A DNA stretch of 59,251 bases, filler included, from Sphacelaria rigidula (GCA_964200075.2; 9 parts of 9 records of this genome joined end to end with filler, not necessarily neighbours in it), one strand, 5' to 3'. Numbered from the whole stretch's first letter, positions 22,538-36,336 are shown. A program made the numbers and translations. The notes: generated by a model not told the origin, from the letters alone.

Positions 22538-25500
22538 TTACCGCATTGGTCGCAACATGTCAACTCTACAGGATACCACCGGGCTCAGCAAAATCTCTCG
22601 GTTAGCCTCCAGCAACCGACGCACAATCTCATTCCTCTCTCGGATGCCAACGTTGGTCGGCTCTACATTGCCGACCATCCCTCGACAGCTCCCCGACACA
22701 TCGTTGTCACCATGATAGTCATTCTCCGGGCCACGAGAAGCACATCCATCCCTGCCGCTACGACTGCTATTGGAAGACGTGTCGTTAGGATATCCCATGA
22801 ACTTCACTCGTCGCTCTTGCCGCAAAATCGCCTGCGCTCCTTGAAGATCCTCGGGCGTCTCGTGCTTCAAAGTGTCCATCGATTTGGCGTCTGGAGTCAC
22901 CACTACCGGGGGAGGAACATTGGTTATCCGTGTCCCCAGAGGGGTACGTTCGTGACGGCGATCACGCCGTGCGGGCGTCGAACTCTCCCCGTCGACAAAC
23001 GCACAGGTAATATCGTTTTTTGCTAAATGATATTTCGCGCTGCTGTGGGGTACGGCGGATGAGGACGATCGTTGCTGTTGCAAACGCCTCAGGGTTACGA
23101 ATCTACGGTTTTTCTCCGCCTCTACAGCTGCCGCGCGATGGGCACGTTCGGATTTCTCGGACCTCGCGCGCCGTTCACAGGGTTCCGCGGCGGCCCACTC
23201 GACAAACCGGCGCACGGCGAGCACGTAGGGTCTGAGAGCCTTCGCGCGTGAGCAGATATTTCCGTCGCTATTTCCGTGACACTCCCGCCGGGAAAAACAG
23301 TGGCGAGTCAAGCGCAACACGGTTCCGTCCGGCAGGACACAGTCAACGAGATCGTTCCCTACTCGCTCAGACAACCTCCGTCCACCAATGCAGGAATTAC
23401 ACCCGCTGCCGACCACCCCCACCGTGGCCACTCGAGCACCACCGGCATTTGAGACACGAGCACATTCTGTTCCCGGCCACGACCATTTCCCCGCGCCATC
23501 GGGTAGGGAGCAGTCAGATGGGGCAGGGAGACGGACGATAGTTCGGTCCGCGAACACCCCGCGCGACCGACCGTCGGCGAACAACACGAACGACGCGCCG
23601 GAGCGCTCCACCCGTTCGACTACCTTGGTCGAATCGGGGAGATTTTTGCACGTCGAGGGTACCGGCTCACTTCGATAGCTCTCACAGTTATGATGGTGGT
23701 AGTGACGGTTCCCCGTGATGGCCTCGGAAAGTGCTTCATTTCTGCAAGAACAGGCCGTGGGCATGAGAAGTGGAACGAACAATATTTGGGGGTCCGCAGT
23801 CATCGTGGTCGTCATCGCGCGCTCAACGGCGGAACCGAGCATCAGGACATGTTCCATCCCGCCGAATGCGACATGAGCACCAGCATCACGACCTCCCGCA
23901 CGGAGACGACCAGAACCAACACCACCCGCTATACTCCTAGCACAACCAACTCCACCGCCATACCCCATTCTAGGGCAACTCGTGGCGGCGGGTATCCCAC
24001 TCGGAACTGTCCGGTTCTCCCCGGATCTTCGACATGTTGTCCAAGAAACGAATTGCTGCCGAAAAGCCTGCGCGCGGGCCGTGATTTCCCCCACGGAAAT
24101 CCCCCCCCCTCGGTGTCCCGTGGCAACAGTGGAATGCAGCGCTGGTGCGCGCGGACTGGAAAGGTCTCTACCGGAGCTGTCTGCCGTGTGATGAGATCGT
24201 GCCGCGGTTGGGGCACTTGTATTGGCACCGGCGGGGGTACCGGCGTTGCGTTCATTGGGCGTTCGCCGCCCAGTAGCGTTCGCAGTTGAAGCTGGTGGCA
24301 GGGGCGGGGGCGGGGGCGAAGCGACCCCGACAATGTCCAAGCGAACGGTTGACGTGGCGGAAACATGAAGAATACGGGACCTGAGTCGAGGATTAGTCCG
24401 GGATGCGGGGCGCAGAATTCGGATGAACTCGCCCTCCAGTAGTACCTCGGATCCGTCTGCGTGAATGACCACCTTCAAGCAGGAGGGAACGATAGGGTGG
24501 AATTGAAGAAGAGAAGGAGCGCACGTAGGAGGGGGGTTACTCATGTTTTTCATGCGCCAGAGTATAGTTGATGATTGGCGCGCGCGCGGGGGGGCGGGGA
24601 GGGTGCACTCATGATTATGCATGCCAGTCATATGACCAATGACCTCGCATCCCCGTAAAGCCGGGATGTAGCACGCCGGGTTTTCGCCGGACCAGGCTCG
24701 CACTCAATCACCAAGCGCAACGCGCTGTGATGTGTTCGGCGAGTCGCATGAAGGGCGAGCTGCATCCTGCTGAGATTGATCGGTCCGAAGCGTACTGTGT
24801 ATTTGGATGATAGCCTCCGATGAGTTGCTTCATTTTCTGGCATCGTCACTTCCAGGGACAGCCACGGCTAGTACATTGCCTCATGGGTGTCTTACCACTT
24901 GAACACTACGTGGTACGGTCATCTCCTTCGCGCGGAGTTGAGGTTCTCCCACCGCACACAATATGATCTAGTGGGGGGCGGGGGGACTCGAGCCTCTTCT
25001 GGAGCTTGGCAGTCACTCTTGAAATGTCGCTGCATGCAGGAAAAATAATTTAAATGCTTTTGGGCACGACAACGCACAAGGCCACGAGCTCCTTTGATTA
25101 TGACTTACATGTAATCCAACACGCCCTTTCCCCCATCGTACAAACACTTGTTAGCTGTTGCTGTTAAGATTATCTATCCCGCATTCTCGAGAGGTCCAGA
25201 CGCGCGTGGAAGGGGGCACAGAGAGTAATAAATTGCGCTAATTTCTTCACATGCACTCCGGAGGTATAAGCGTGACATATATGGGAACGTGAACAGATAA
25301 AAGGGCCTTGCCGTCATAACAAACAGCTGTACGTTGTAAGAAAAGACCCTAATGACCACTATGTTACCGTGGGCAGCTGAAGGTCATCTCCATGGGTGTA
25401 AGGGAAGTTTTTTTAAAATCTCGATTTTTGCCCAACCGCGGCGATCGTGACGATCACCCGAACGTCATCGAATTAAAAAAAACTCGTCGACATCTTCCTC

Positions 25501-26281
25501 TGTTGAAAAGGCGATTTTTCAGGAGAGTGCAAGGTTTTTTATTTCGAAAAAATCATAGCATCATGATGATTGTTTCACCAGCGGTAGTGTTGTCTTCCGC
25601 CACCAAGGAACGAGCGGTTCCCGCACTCCGGCCCATCACTGCCATACTTCATTCCAGTGGTCAACGCTGAATACTGTACACCCGAAAACCCTGCACACTG
25701 CCAAGAGCTGCATCATACGTACATCACGGCAGCCACCTTCACTCACGTGCACGTTGACCCCGTCTCCCCCATGTCGCCCCCCCCGGTCGACGGAATGATC
25801 GTGCACGATTCTGTAGGTGCAGCCGTGAACAATCTCCACGGTTGCCGCTATGGTCCCAGCGTAACCGTCACCGTGCGATATGCCCAGAACGTCTACAGCC
25901 AGCAGGTGCGGGGGCTCGGCATCGGCATCGGAAAAACGGGAAGTTTCGCTCGGGTAGAGTTGCCCAATCAAGTGTCGGTGCTCGTCGTAATAGACGCCCT
26001 GCGTGCACGATCCTTTCACTGTATCCCACCTGAAAGCATAGATGTGTACCAGAGAGGTTCGGTTCAGTTCCCAGGGGAGGGGAGAGGTGGTGGGGGTGGG
26101 GTGGGAAAGGAGACCGTAGAGGGCAGCACGGTTTTCACAAAGCAGACCTTCGACCACCAAACTAATGAGCGGGGGCAGCGTGTTGTCACACGACGAAATC
26201 ACTCCCCCCCCCCACCCCGGCCCCCCCCGCGCCGACCCCGCCACCCGCAGAGCGAAGTCGTCCAGCCGTCCGCCGCAAAGC
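22538..26281 (-). CDS. C5orf34-like protein, 3' part: exon >=26281-25747 and terminal exon 24472-22538
   Basis: A phase-0 donor CAC|GTGAGT (25746) joins a phase-0 acceptor with a pyrimidine tract, ttgaag|GTG (24472). The spliced product reads ...TVEIVHGCTYRIVH...VNVH|VVIHADGSEVLLEGEFIRI...GASFVLFADGRSRGVFADRTIVRL..., resembling C5orf34-family motifs from memory. The terminal exon is open for 1.9 kb. The 5' end is cut by the gap. Confidence 0.7.
24600..24968 (+). mobile_element. Family A copy inside the C5orf34-like intron
   Basis: Colinear with 2052-2445. It supplies the spurious N-terminus of the 721-aa ORF in the track. Confidence 0.85.
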
Positions 26282-26594
26282 NNNNNNNNNNNNNNNNNNN
26301 NNNNNNNNNNNNNNNNNNNNNNNNNTTAATTAATTAANNNNNNNNNNNNNNNNNNNNNNNNNNNNNNNNNNNNNNNNNNNNCCCTTTTGGGCAATCAGGC
26401 CGAAGAAATCGTGAATTTGGTGATTTTGAGTCGTGATGATTTGTCCTAACCGTGAACTGTTCGCAGGGGAGTCCTAGGGAGAAAAGAAAGACCAGAAACA
26501 ATCCCAAACCCAACGATGCACGAAACTCGTCGTGTATGAAACCACAGTTTCGGAATAGCTCGAGTTGATGTTGTTCTGCACGGTACGGTTTTCT

Positions 26595-26750
26595 CGTATA
26601 CCCGGGGAGTTTACCCGGGTACTACCCGTACCCGACAGGTTGTGAGTTCTGTAAGCTTCCCATACCGGTACTCGACACTTCTGTACGATTTGTGCGAAAC
26701 GTTCACCGTTACCTGGGGCACAGGTATACCCTTGTGGATATTTCCGGTTG
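26595..26750 (+). repeat. Dispersed tacccg/ttctgta-rich repeat; related copy at ~37790-38075
   Basis: Shared gtacccgacagg, cttccataccgg..ctcgaca and gttcacc.ttacc.ggg..ggtat.ccct.gt.ga.at..ccggttg motifs. Confidence 0.65.
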
Positions 26751-27404
26751 CAGCATTAGCGCGCAAAAATAGCAAATGCAGCTAATGTTCTCGCGGTTTC
26801 AACCTTAAATCGCAAAAGGTCATACTACGGTCCTGTGACGTGTACAAGTGTCCGACACACCACACACAGTCAGCACTGCAGTAGCACTTGGATTCGCAAG
26901 CCCGTCAACAGCTCCGTGGTGAAGGAGCATCGACCAAGATCGTGGTGCCGGGCCAACCTCCACAACGCGGTGCCTATCTTTCCATGAGTCATCTTGACCT
27001 TGGAAGCGACGCAGGTAGACTCTCCTTGAATATAACGCATATACGAATGTGTCAAAAGTGTGTACAGTTTTTTTTCAAGGTGTATGGGTAACCGTCCACG
27101 CCATGACTTCAGTTACAACATGTTCAGTTCCTCCGCATGTCACCCCATCATTTCTGCACGTTCACGCAAGCTATAGTCCCAGGTTTGAGTGAAAGCCCTA
27201 GAGGTGAACCTAGGCCTCAAACCCACGCCCAGATTCCCCCCCCCCCCGAAACTCACTTTAGCTAGGGAAATTGTTTTACAAATTATGAAGAAGTACACGA
27301 AAAAACAACATGAGCAACGAGAGCCTCTGCTCCAACATTCGCGCAATCAGTCTTGTTGAGACAACAAAATGACCCCTGAGGACACGCAAAGCAACTAGTC
27401 CAAC

Positions 27405-30400
27405 CTGGCCAAGGCGGCAAACTTGTCCCTCGTGGCCTGCCTCCAGGAGCGTTTGAGCAGCAGTCCGAACTGAGTGTACCACTTGCTTTTCCGTCGTGCG
27501 TGCTGTTGAGAAAAATCAACGAAGTAGACGTAGAGTGCGGCAGACAAGAACAGTTTGGGAAAAATCACACTCTGGACTCAGGATGAAAGACTCCGCGATG
27601 TTATCAGGATATAGTGTTTGCGAAGCCCCGAGTCAAGTGAAGTGTCAACGCCCTTAGGGTGAAAAGGCGGTGCATCGCCATTTCTGTCGTATGTTTGTAC
27701 ACGTTGTCGTTATCTTGTTCCAAACCTGCAGTCTGCTGCGGCACCATCCGCAAGCGGCAGGGCGGGGTCAACCAGGTCGTGTAGCTAGCTTTGCTATCGA
27801 GGCTGCCTTCACGGAACAAAGCGTCTGTTTTTTCCCGCAAGAATTCTTCCGACAGTCGATGAAGTGAAGGGCAAGGCGCATCATCTGCTGGGTATTGCTC
27901 GTTTTGGTGAGTTACGATCGCCCCCAAACACACCGGTTCCAGAGTTCTGTGCTTTACACCGTCTACAAGAAAAACTGCATGACCAACTCGTATACGGTCG
28001 CTTCCGATGACCCTGCACCCACACCAAGCAATCCGAAATTAACCGATGAAAAGTTCGTCAGCGGGCTACCGGAGTCCTTTCTCGGGAATGCAGTGCAGCG
28101 GCTCGGTTGAGGAGGAGAAAAGCCAAAAAGCGCCGAACTTGATAGCCCCATCGGTTCACTTTTTGTTTCCCGAAACTGCCTATAGCGGTGTAAAACAAAC
28201 CCCGCACACAAAGCGGGTGTGCCAAAAAAACAAATTAACCGAAATCGCAAAATAACACATGAGAGTGTGTATAAAATGGTGATCGACCTGAGGAAAGAGT
28301 GAACGAAACGTCAATTGTTTTAGACAAGACCTGAAAAGTCTGCGCGAATCAAATGCATAATCTTATGCGGGACGTGTGGATATGTTTTGTTTCTGGTGTC
28401 ACGTGACAGCCATCTCCATGTTTGATCGCAGCACCATCCATCCTTGGCCGGATTTCCCAGATCTAAGAAAAGTGCGGTTGCATGATCTTCACCTATCCTA
28501 TATCGTCGGGAAATAAAAAGCTTTCATCTAAACGCTGCTACTATACGAGGAAAAAAATAAGGCAAAAACATCAAGTTACTGTTGCACACCATATACTACA
28601 GTCACAGAATGCGGTGTATCTCATGAATACGGCCCAAAAGTCTGATTTCAACAAAAACCTGGCTCATACGGAGTGTGTAAATTCTGTCCATCATCACACC
28701 TCGCCGTCTCTAATTCTGTATAGGGATCTGAAAGAACTCTCCACATTCTACCATGACCGTGCTTACGCAAACATATACCACGTGTATACTTTCTGTCCCA
28801 TAACTTAGAGTAGTTTTGGGCGTCTGAGTATGAGGGTGCCAGTGACAACGGTATAGTTGAATTTGCTGCAGTCGTGTGAAGCGTAGACGAAGCTGGTGAA
28901 AATAAAAACGAAGCTACATTTAAAAAAATGAGCCAAAATATTACCAACGTTATTATTATCATCAAATTTATAATTGGCGTAAATGTTACGCCGCACCATA
29001 CATGACTCAGTACCTGTGTGTCCGGTTTGTTTCCATCCTTTTTATCCAAATAACAAACGGTCCTTTTCGGAACAGTAGTTTACACTTCCTAACCACATGC
29101 ACGCCGAGATATGACCATTAAGTAATGCTTCTTCCAGCCGTGAAAAACAAAACCGTTCAGCGTCACTGCATCACTGCATCACGGCCGTCGGAAAATACAA
29201 CCAGGCATAATTGCATAAAAAGAAACTGACGGTCGTGGCATCGGAAAAACTCCTTCATCCATTCAGCGTGACTGGATCGGAAAAAAACGCCGTGACTGCA
29301 TCGGAGAAACTCATTTTTTGTGTACAATACGCTCTTGTGTCCAGGTGCCAACGTCACCTCTGCCGTTCAGGGAAACGGTTAATTATGACGGGAAAAACGG
29401 TCAACCCTTTGACCGCGAGGGTAAGTCACCTACTGAATCGGCATCAATTTCACTTGAAAAAAGTGTGTGATCCAGATGGACTACCCGCATCGCGGTCCAA
29501 GGGTAAATTACATACACTGAATAGACAGACTAGACAGGCCGTCAATCCAGCTCGTGGTGATTTGTCTCTGCGTGTTTGCTCTCAAGACAATCGCAGGCAG
29601 ATGTCTCTACGAGTGATATGATGGTGCCTTATATGAAACACGAAAACGACAGCTCACCGTACTGCCTCGCTTCATACTCCCCCGCAACACGCTCGCGGAC
29701 GACGTAATTTCCTTTTGGTATGGATGATGTTGACTAAACACCAAGGTTTGATTCTGATTTGATAGTACACATACTTTCATGCATTGTGTCAGGTTAGTCG
29801 CAGGAAATCGTCGCTCCCCGAGTGATGAATTCCATGCCGGCTCTGTTGTCGGTGGGTGGATTCGAAATATAGTTCATTGGACGAGCGGATCTATGCGCAA
29901 ATGTCCTGTGAAAATGGATATACTTTGACGGCAGGTTCTGTTGACCCTTGGACCGCGATGCGGGTAGTCCATCTGGATCACATATACTTTATTCATGTGA
30001 AATTGATGCCGATTCAGCAGGTAGTCTACCCTCATCGCGGTCGAAGGGTTAACCCTTAGAGAAAGGGCTAACCCTTAGACTTAGACAGGGTTAATCCTTA
30101 GGCCACACGAAAAGTTGGATGCTGCGCCAATTTTTTGGAATATTTGGCCGAAATTGCACCAGGACTTCCTCCACACAAGGACGCACAGCTACACAAGGGA
30201 TGCCCCCGTATGTCTTTTATTTTCACGGAGTTATAGCATTTTTTTTTTCAGTTTTTGCAGAAACTTCAAATCGCTTTAACTTTCTGTTTGTTTTTTCTTG
30301 GCATCCCCGGTAAGGTTGTGTCAATAAGATAGTCATGATAAAAATGTTGTGTCAAAATTTCAGCGCCCAACGCTTCGGATTACCCACCGCCCGGCCCGGA

Positions 30401-32782
30401 TACATTCGCAAATCACTGTCAGCTGGCCGAGCTTGTATCGTCGCGAAGAAGCAGGCCGAAAGATGACCCTTGACGAACGGTCAAGCTGTATCTCTACACA
30501 CAGAATCTGACAACCCCGTCGTCTGGGGTATACAGATACTACTCACTTACTGACTGTATCCATGCACAGCAATACAGTTTTTTTCAGCGTCACGAACCAC
30601 CTCCACCTACCCTACACACCCATCGGCCAATAGCGGGGGTCCAATGTACGTGCGCCACTAGAACGTAGTGTGATGTGCGCTCTCCGCCCTCACCAAACTA
30701 TCCAACTGCACTGAGTACCAGCACGGTGGAATGTTCAGCTCTATTCTCTCTCGTGGACATGTTATGCTGTGCACTTTATGCAATACCCACCACTTCCGAA
30801 ACGAACATCTGCGCCCTTATAAATAAGACGGTCCACGACTCCATGTTGAGAAAAAAATGTTGCGCAAACACGGCTAGCCCTGATACAACACCACACGGAT
30901 TGCCGTGAAACAAAGAGCATCGTGTATGGACTAGCAAGAGCTAGCGCCAAGCGTGCTGCACTTATGTTTTGGATGTCTGTGCGTGTCCTCAACGTGTAAC
31001 GCGTTCCAGTCATGTGTTCCAGTCACGCCTGTTGAGATTTCCAGACCTGTCTCCAAACGAATTTCCCACGAACGAAGGCTGCTGTGTGTACATTATAGCA
31101 AGGGGTACCGCTAATGCGCATAGATTAGCAAGGATTACAAGCCAGGAAGAGCGACCTTATGCACGTACCTGTACGTCTTTCTCGGGGCTCGATGTGTACG
31201 CGCTATGTTGCCGCCTTGCGTCTCCCGTACCGTAGCAGTCGAGTTAATTACCCGGCGTTGGGCTACAATATATTCATGGTTGATATTACCTAATTTGGCT
31301 GTGAACAACGAGAACAAAATCGGAAGTGGGACTGACAGGCTCGTGTGCTCCTCGCGTGTGCAGAACACGGTTTCATTCGAATCGGCGCCACAGGCGCCGT
31401 GTTGGGGTCTACCAACGCCACACTTTGCCTAGGAAACCCTATGCACCTCCCTTGCCCGAGGGCTCTCGGTATGCCTGGGGTTGAGGTTAGGGTTAGGGGT
31501 AGGGGTAGCGCCTTCACTACCAAAACCTAAAAGCTACCAGTTTGCTTTACTGGACCTCGAAATCCGCTGGGGATTGGGCTATTGGGCAATACCTGCCTGT
31601 TTTCACTATCATCATTGTTATTGCACATTAGCCCGATCTCTCGGACCCGTGCTTTATGCGAGGAACTTGAGAATTGTTCATTCGTCATGTGTTTGCGCAA
31701 ATTCTTGACTCTCGCGTGACATCGAAATCTTGTAGACAACACATGTGCAATATCACACGCACCGTGGAAAGCATTGTGGAGCGTGACGATGTGGGAATGA
31801 GTGCGAGCATATCCTTTTTGCCTCGGCGTCTTTTCTGTGCTGTTGCTGCATCAGATCCGCCGCTCCCTCCTGTCATAACGATAGCCCCGTCTAGATCTTG
31901 CTGGTCTTCGGTCACATGAAGTGATAAGCATGGGCAGCGAGCATGTTCGGACGAGTGGTGCCTCCCGCATGAAACAAACATGGAACGTGTTCGAACGGTC
32001 AACCCATGGCCAAACCGATGTACCTACTGATGTAGTGGGTATAAACGAACGCAACCTTCATCCAAAGACGACTCAACGAGCAATCAGATGCTCAATTCAT
32101 TGATTGTTAACGAAGTACATTCATTCTCTCTGCAGGAACAAACAGAAATACAAGGCCATGCATGCGATCACCAACAAAAAGCGCAAGAGATTGATTAATC
32201 ACATTGACTATTGAATATACACGAACGTGTGCCAATAAACAGCGGAAGAGAAGAACGCACTCTTGACCGTGATATATATATATATATATACATATTGGGA
32301 GCGACAACTTATCCCACCGGAAAGACAGTCCTATTGCCCTTTCCTCGCGTGTAGACAAGGGCGCTTTTATGAACTTCTTCCGATGCGGGAACACTACAAG
32401 TGTAAACATGCACCGTGACGGAAAATGTGCAAGCTGGCCATGCAATGAAGAGGGTCACTTGTCGACAGATCACCCGTCGATACATGCAGACCATATCACG
32501 AAAGATCGAATCTCTTCGACACATCCCAAGAACGCGACAATTACACAGCTGTCATCGACAACCAATGACGATAAATGACAACCAACAAGGAGAAGGGACG
32601 TGCATGCAAGGGTAACAATTACCGGAGCGAGTCACTCTCTCACCGCCTTCCTCTTTTTGGACAGTACCAGCCCCAGTCCCAGGTTGCCCCTGCCACAGGT
32701 ATCCCTTCAACCCAGCTTCTCCTCGTTGCTGGTGGCTGTCTCGGCGAGCGCTTGATTTCTTGCTCCACTCCTTGCTCGCCGA
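27405..32782 (-). CDS. ABCG-family ABC transporter, internal exons 32782-32644, 31905-31763, 27502-27405
   Basis: AG/GT-bounded exons with compatible phases. The last encodes HARRKSKWYTQFGLLLKRSWRQATRDKFAALAR, the typical W-x-Q-F-x-LL-KR-x-W-x-Q-xx-RD start of the ABC-2 membrane domain. The two upstream linker exons rest on splice signals and phase only. Confidence 0.75.
29405..29503. mobile_element. ~100-bp piggyBac-like MITE; inverted sister copy at 29945-30048
   Basis: TIRs ccctt(t/g)gaccgcga..ggta / taccc.catcgcggtc.aaggg with TTAA-like flanks (tcaa/taaa; ttga/ttaa). Confidence 0.8.
29945..30048. mobile_element. Second copy of the ~100-bp piggyBac-like MITE
   Basis: Reverse complement of 29405-29503; ends aaggg-TTAA. 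Confidence 0.8.
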
Positions 32783-33445
32783 CTGTCAGCAGGGGAGAAA
32801 TGGGGCGGGCCGTTGGGGGGGGTGTACTCATGATCATGCGTGCCATAGTCATAAGACCATTGACCTCGCATCCCTNNNNNNNNNNNNNNNNNNNNNNNNN
32901 NNNNNNNNNNNNNNNNNNNTTAATTAATTAANNNNNNNNNNNNNNNNNNNNNNNNNNNNNNNNNNNNNNNNNNNNGATCCCCCCCCCCCCCCCCCTCCTT
33001 CGAAGGGGCCGTCGGGTCTCATGAAAAAAAAACAAAAGAAAACCACAAGGTACGCCCCCCCCCCCCCCCCCCTCCAAAAAACAAAAGTGCACGGGAGACC
33101 GTCCGACAAACCGGCTCCGATCCCACTATTGGGCTCGTTTTCAGCAGTTTCATCCACATGAGGAGTTTAGCAGTCCAAAATCAGCTATAACGCCCAAATA
33201 TGTCGCGTCGTGCAGCACGAAACCAGCTCTAACGGCATATATGATCATCGCCTCCGTACAAGTTTTTGGCCGGTCCGGGGGAGGGCTATCTTGGCAGCAG
33301 TCACTCCCCCATCCCTTTCTGTGTTCGTCTCGACTCGTCTCTAATCGTCTTCTGTGGCCGCATATATAGATCAAAACTCCGCTGCATACTTGAGGTTTTT
33401 TTTTTTTCATATTTACTCTCCTTCTTCTTGGTCGTGACCTTCCAG

Positions 33446-36336
33446 GGGTACTCGAGCGAATCGAATGACCAACGCGATGAGAGACTAGCGCGGGAGGAGA
33501 CGGCTAAGGAGACTAGAGATAAGAGGTACATGTTTTGGTATGTTACTGTTATTGTTAGCAGTGGTAGGAGTAAGTATACCGGAAGTTCAGTATTGAAGGT
33601 GCTGGTCTCCTATCCACCACCAGTCGCGTGACCACACACTGGCTTGCACCTCATGATCCGTGTCAGTGTATCGTGTGGGCCCGCCCTCGAAGTTTTTTTT
33701 TTTTTGCGTCTGCCTCCGTTGCCATTGGATGGTGTGTCTCAAATCCTTTCGGGCGAGAGCGTGCTTCCCATTTCGAAACGTATCTTGAATTGTTTTTGAT
33801 TGTGTCGACGTTTGTGTGCTGAAGTTATTCTCCGCAGGCCCACCTGGTCATTATCTCAAGATCGAGTGTAAGGATCGTACAGCAGTCATGGCTTTTCCCA
33901 CGCGAATACATATCATGTGCAACAAACATACCAGCCCCATGTGAGCAATTGACGGTGTCAAATAGTCCCCCCCCCCCCCCCCCGCTCGAAAGAGGGGATA
34001 CGTACAGTACAAAAGTAGTGAAATGAACCAGTGTTCGATTCGCGGTCTTGTGAGAGAGGGGTGAATGAAGTCGTAGTACCACCCTACGTCTCCTCCTCCG
34101 CCTTAATTGTTGGCCAACTTCAGACTAAGGAGGGCCCAGCAAGCGGCGGACGTGGCCAAGAAAAATCTGGAACGCGCCGAGGAAGAGTCCGCGGAAGGTT
34201 CCGAGGCCGTGAACAACAAGCGTCTGTCTCAAGCTCAAGAGAAGAAGGCTGCGGCGGTCGCGTCCCAAAAGGCGAGCGGAGAGGAGGTGGAGGACGGTGC
34301 GGAGGAAGTGGGAGAGGGGGACTGGGAGAGATCGACGGATGAGAGCCTGGAAAAAGCTCTCGCTGAAGCTAAGGAGGCGTTTCAGCATTCTCTTTCCTAC
34401 GTCATTGGTGGGTACTCTCCTTTAATTCCGGGGGGGAGGCAGGGAACATAAACATGCTTTTGTGGGTGCCCTCTCTTCTGTTCTTGGTGGAGGGGAGGGG
34501 TGGGATGTTGTCAGTGCGCCTCATCCTGTAGGGGGTATAGCTATACTCGTCAAGCGGGAGTGAAGGGATATCAGAGGTGGATACTTCCTTTTTTATTCAG
34601 GAGGGTAGGGTGCATGAGTATTGTTGAATACTTGATTTTGCTTGTTTCGGGGGATGCGGGGAGATGGTACGAAGTTGTATCGGTTGATACCCCCCTTTCA
34701 CTCGGAGAGCGTATGGGGGGCGGGGGGGGGCGTACTCATTTATTGCTTGCCTGAGTCGTTTGACCATTGACCACGCATCCCTCTCGAGACGGAGCACGGG
34801 GGGGGGGGTTGTGAAATTACACCGGGGCAAATCAAAATGTTTGTATTGACCATTGACGTGGGGTATATCTTCCCAGAGGAGCTACAGGCAGGAAAACACG
34901 AAGCCTACAGTTCAGGGAAGGGGGTCGAAACACTAACGAACAAATGTATGTCGAAGTTCAAACAACACCCACCCACCCACCCACCCACTCACCCACCTTA
35001 GCGCTTTGGATGTTGTCGTCTTCGTGAGATAGGTCTCAAGGGGGAGCTGGCGGTGGAGGAGGCGGAGGAGGCGGAGCAGGAGGAGGCCCGGCAAACAAGG
35101 CGCAGGGAGAGGAAAGCAGCTCGCGACCACGAGCGGCAAAAGAAGAGAGACGAAGCCCGCCAGACCATGGAGGAAGAAGGTTAGGAGGATGGGGGTACCG
35201 TGTTAAGGTTGTTTAGGTAATTGTAGAGTACTGAAAGATGAATTACGGCTCCAAGAGGGGATCTTACGGTCGAAGGTTTGACGTGAGTGCTAACCACAAT
35301 ACTATGTGTGAGTTGCAGGACTTGATTCGCACAGCGTGCGTGTTTTGTCTCCATTCTCTCTGCATCTCTCTCTTATGGGGGGTATTTTTGGATACGCGGG
35401 TGGAGAGGGACACCACGTTTTGGGTGGTTTGACCAGGAAAGGGGGAAAAGGCTTGGGAAACGAGGGCAAGGGGGGGCATGGGGGGGAAAGAGATTAGAGA
35501 TTCCGAGGAGGTTGGGACATATTGTTGAGTATATTTCGAGATGGAGCTGTGTTCGATTTGTGAGTAAATGACAGCACGCCTATTTCGGAGGGTGAGTATC
35601 GGGGCTGTTCTCATGTCTGCTATGTACTGTGCATATCTTCACTGTGAGCTTGTGCGTCTTACCCCACACCCCCACACCCCACCTATCCTCCCGCTTCACT
35701 TGTGTCTTGCTTCTTCGGCCAGCTTCGCTGTTCCCGTCTCAACAATACTCGTACATGCTCAACAGTCAAGAAGAGGTTGAGCTGAGAGACATGCAAGAGT
35801 ATCTCGCGCTCGTCAGCCTCATGGGTGAGTTTTCTTTGTGTGTATTGGAAAGATATTAACGGGGCAAATCAAGCAATCTCTACAGATCAAGTCAGCGTCT
35901 TGTGTATGGGAGTTGTGTGTATGTGTGTGTGTGTGGGGGGGGGGGGGGGCGTACTCATTCGTTTCTTGCCTTGGTCCTTTGAACGTTGACCACGCATCAC
36001 ATACTGTACGACACGATAGACCATGATATTCATGTTCGAGTACAGATCATCTTTATGCTCTGCTGCTGGATGAGCAAATGACGAGACCATTCCGTACCCT
36101 TACGAACCTTTCGTCCGTAGTCATTTTCCGAATAAACCCTCTTCCCCATGACCATGACTCAGGCGAGGCAGACGAGAAACTTCGGGCTGCGGCGGCTGAC
36201 GGTGGGCAGAGCAGACGACCGAGGCGAGCAGGACGCGCAGACGACAATCTCTACAGGGCGGCACGACAGGCTGGTCTTCGCGGTCTGGCCAATAAGTTTT
36301 CCATCACTGCCTCGCAGCTCGGTGAAGTCCTGGACG
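33446..36336 (+). CDS. SPT6: Transcription elongation factor Spt6, internal exons 33446-33525, 34124-34407, 35033-35179, 35723-35824, 36163-36336
   Basis: All five exons are AG/GT-bounded and phase-compatible. YMLNSQEEVELRDMQEYLAL and DDNLYRAARQAGLRGLANKFSITASQLGEVLD match the Spt6 segments I recall ([41 protein letters not shown]). Confidence 0.85.
34722..34800 (+). mobile_element. Short repeat family B (G-run head, related to family A); also ~35940-36000(+), 36770-36835(-), 51555-51630(-), 55605-55660(-)
   Basis: gcgtactcatttattgcttgcc..gtcgtttgaccattgaccacgcatccct..gacggagcac. Confidence 0.75.

Noticed and set aside
24473..24703. N-terminus of the 721-aa ORF as true coding sequence
   Set aside because: It derives from a family A repeat and intron sequence upstream of a clear acceptor at 24473.
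25657..26337. 226-aa plus-strand ORF
   Set aside because: Antisense shadow of the minus-strand C5orf34-like exon; it runs into the gap.
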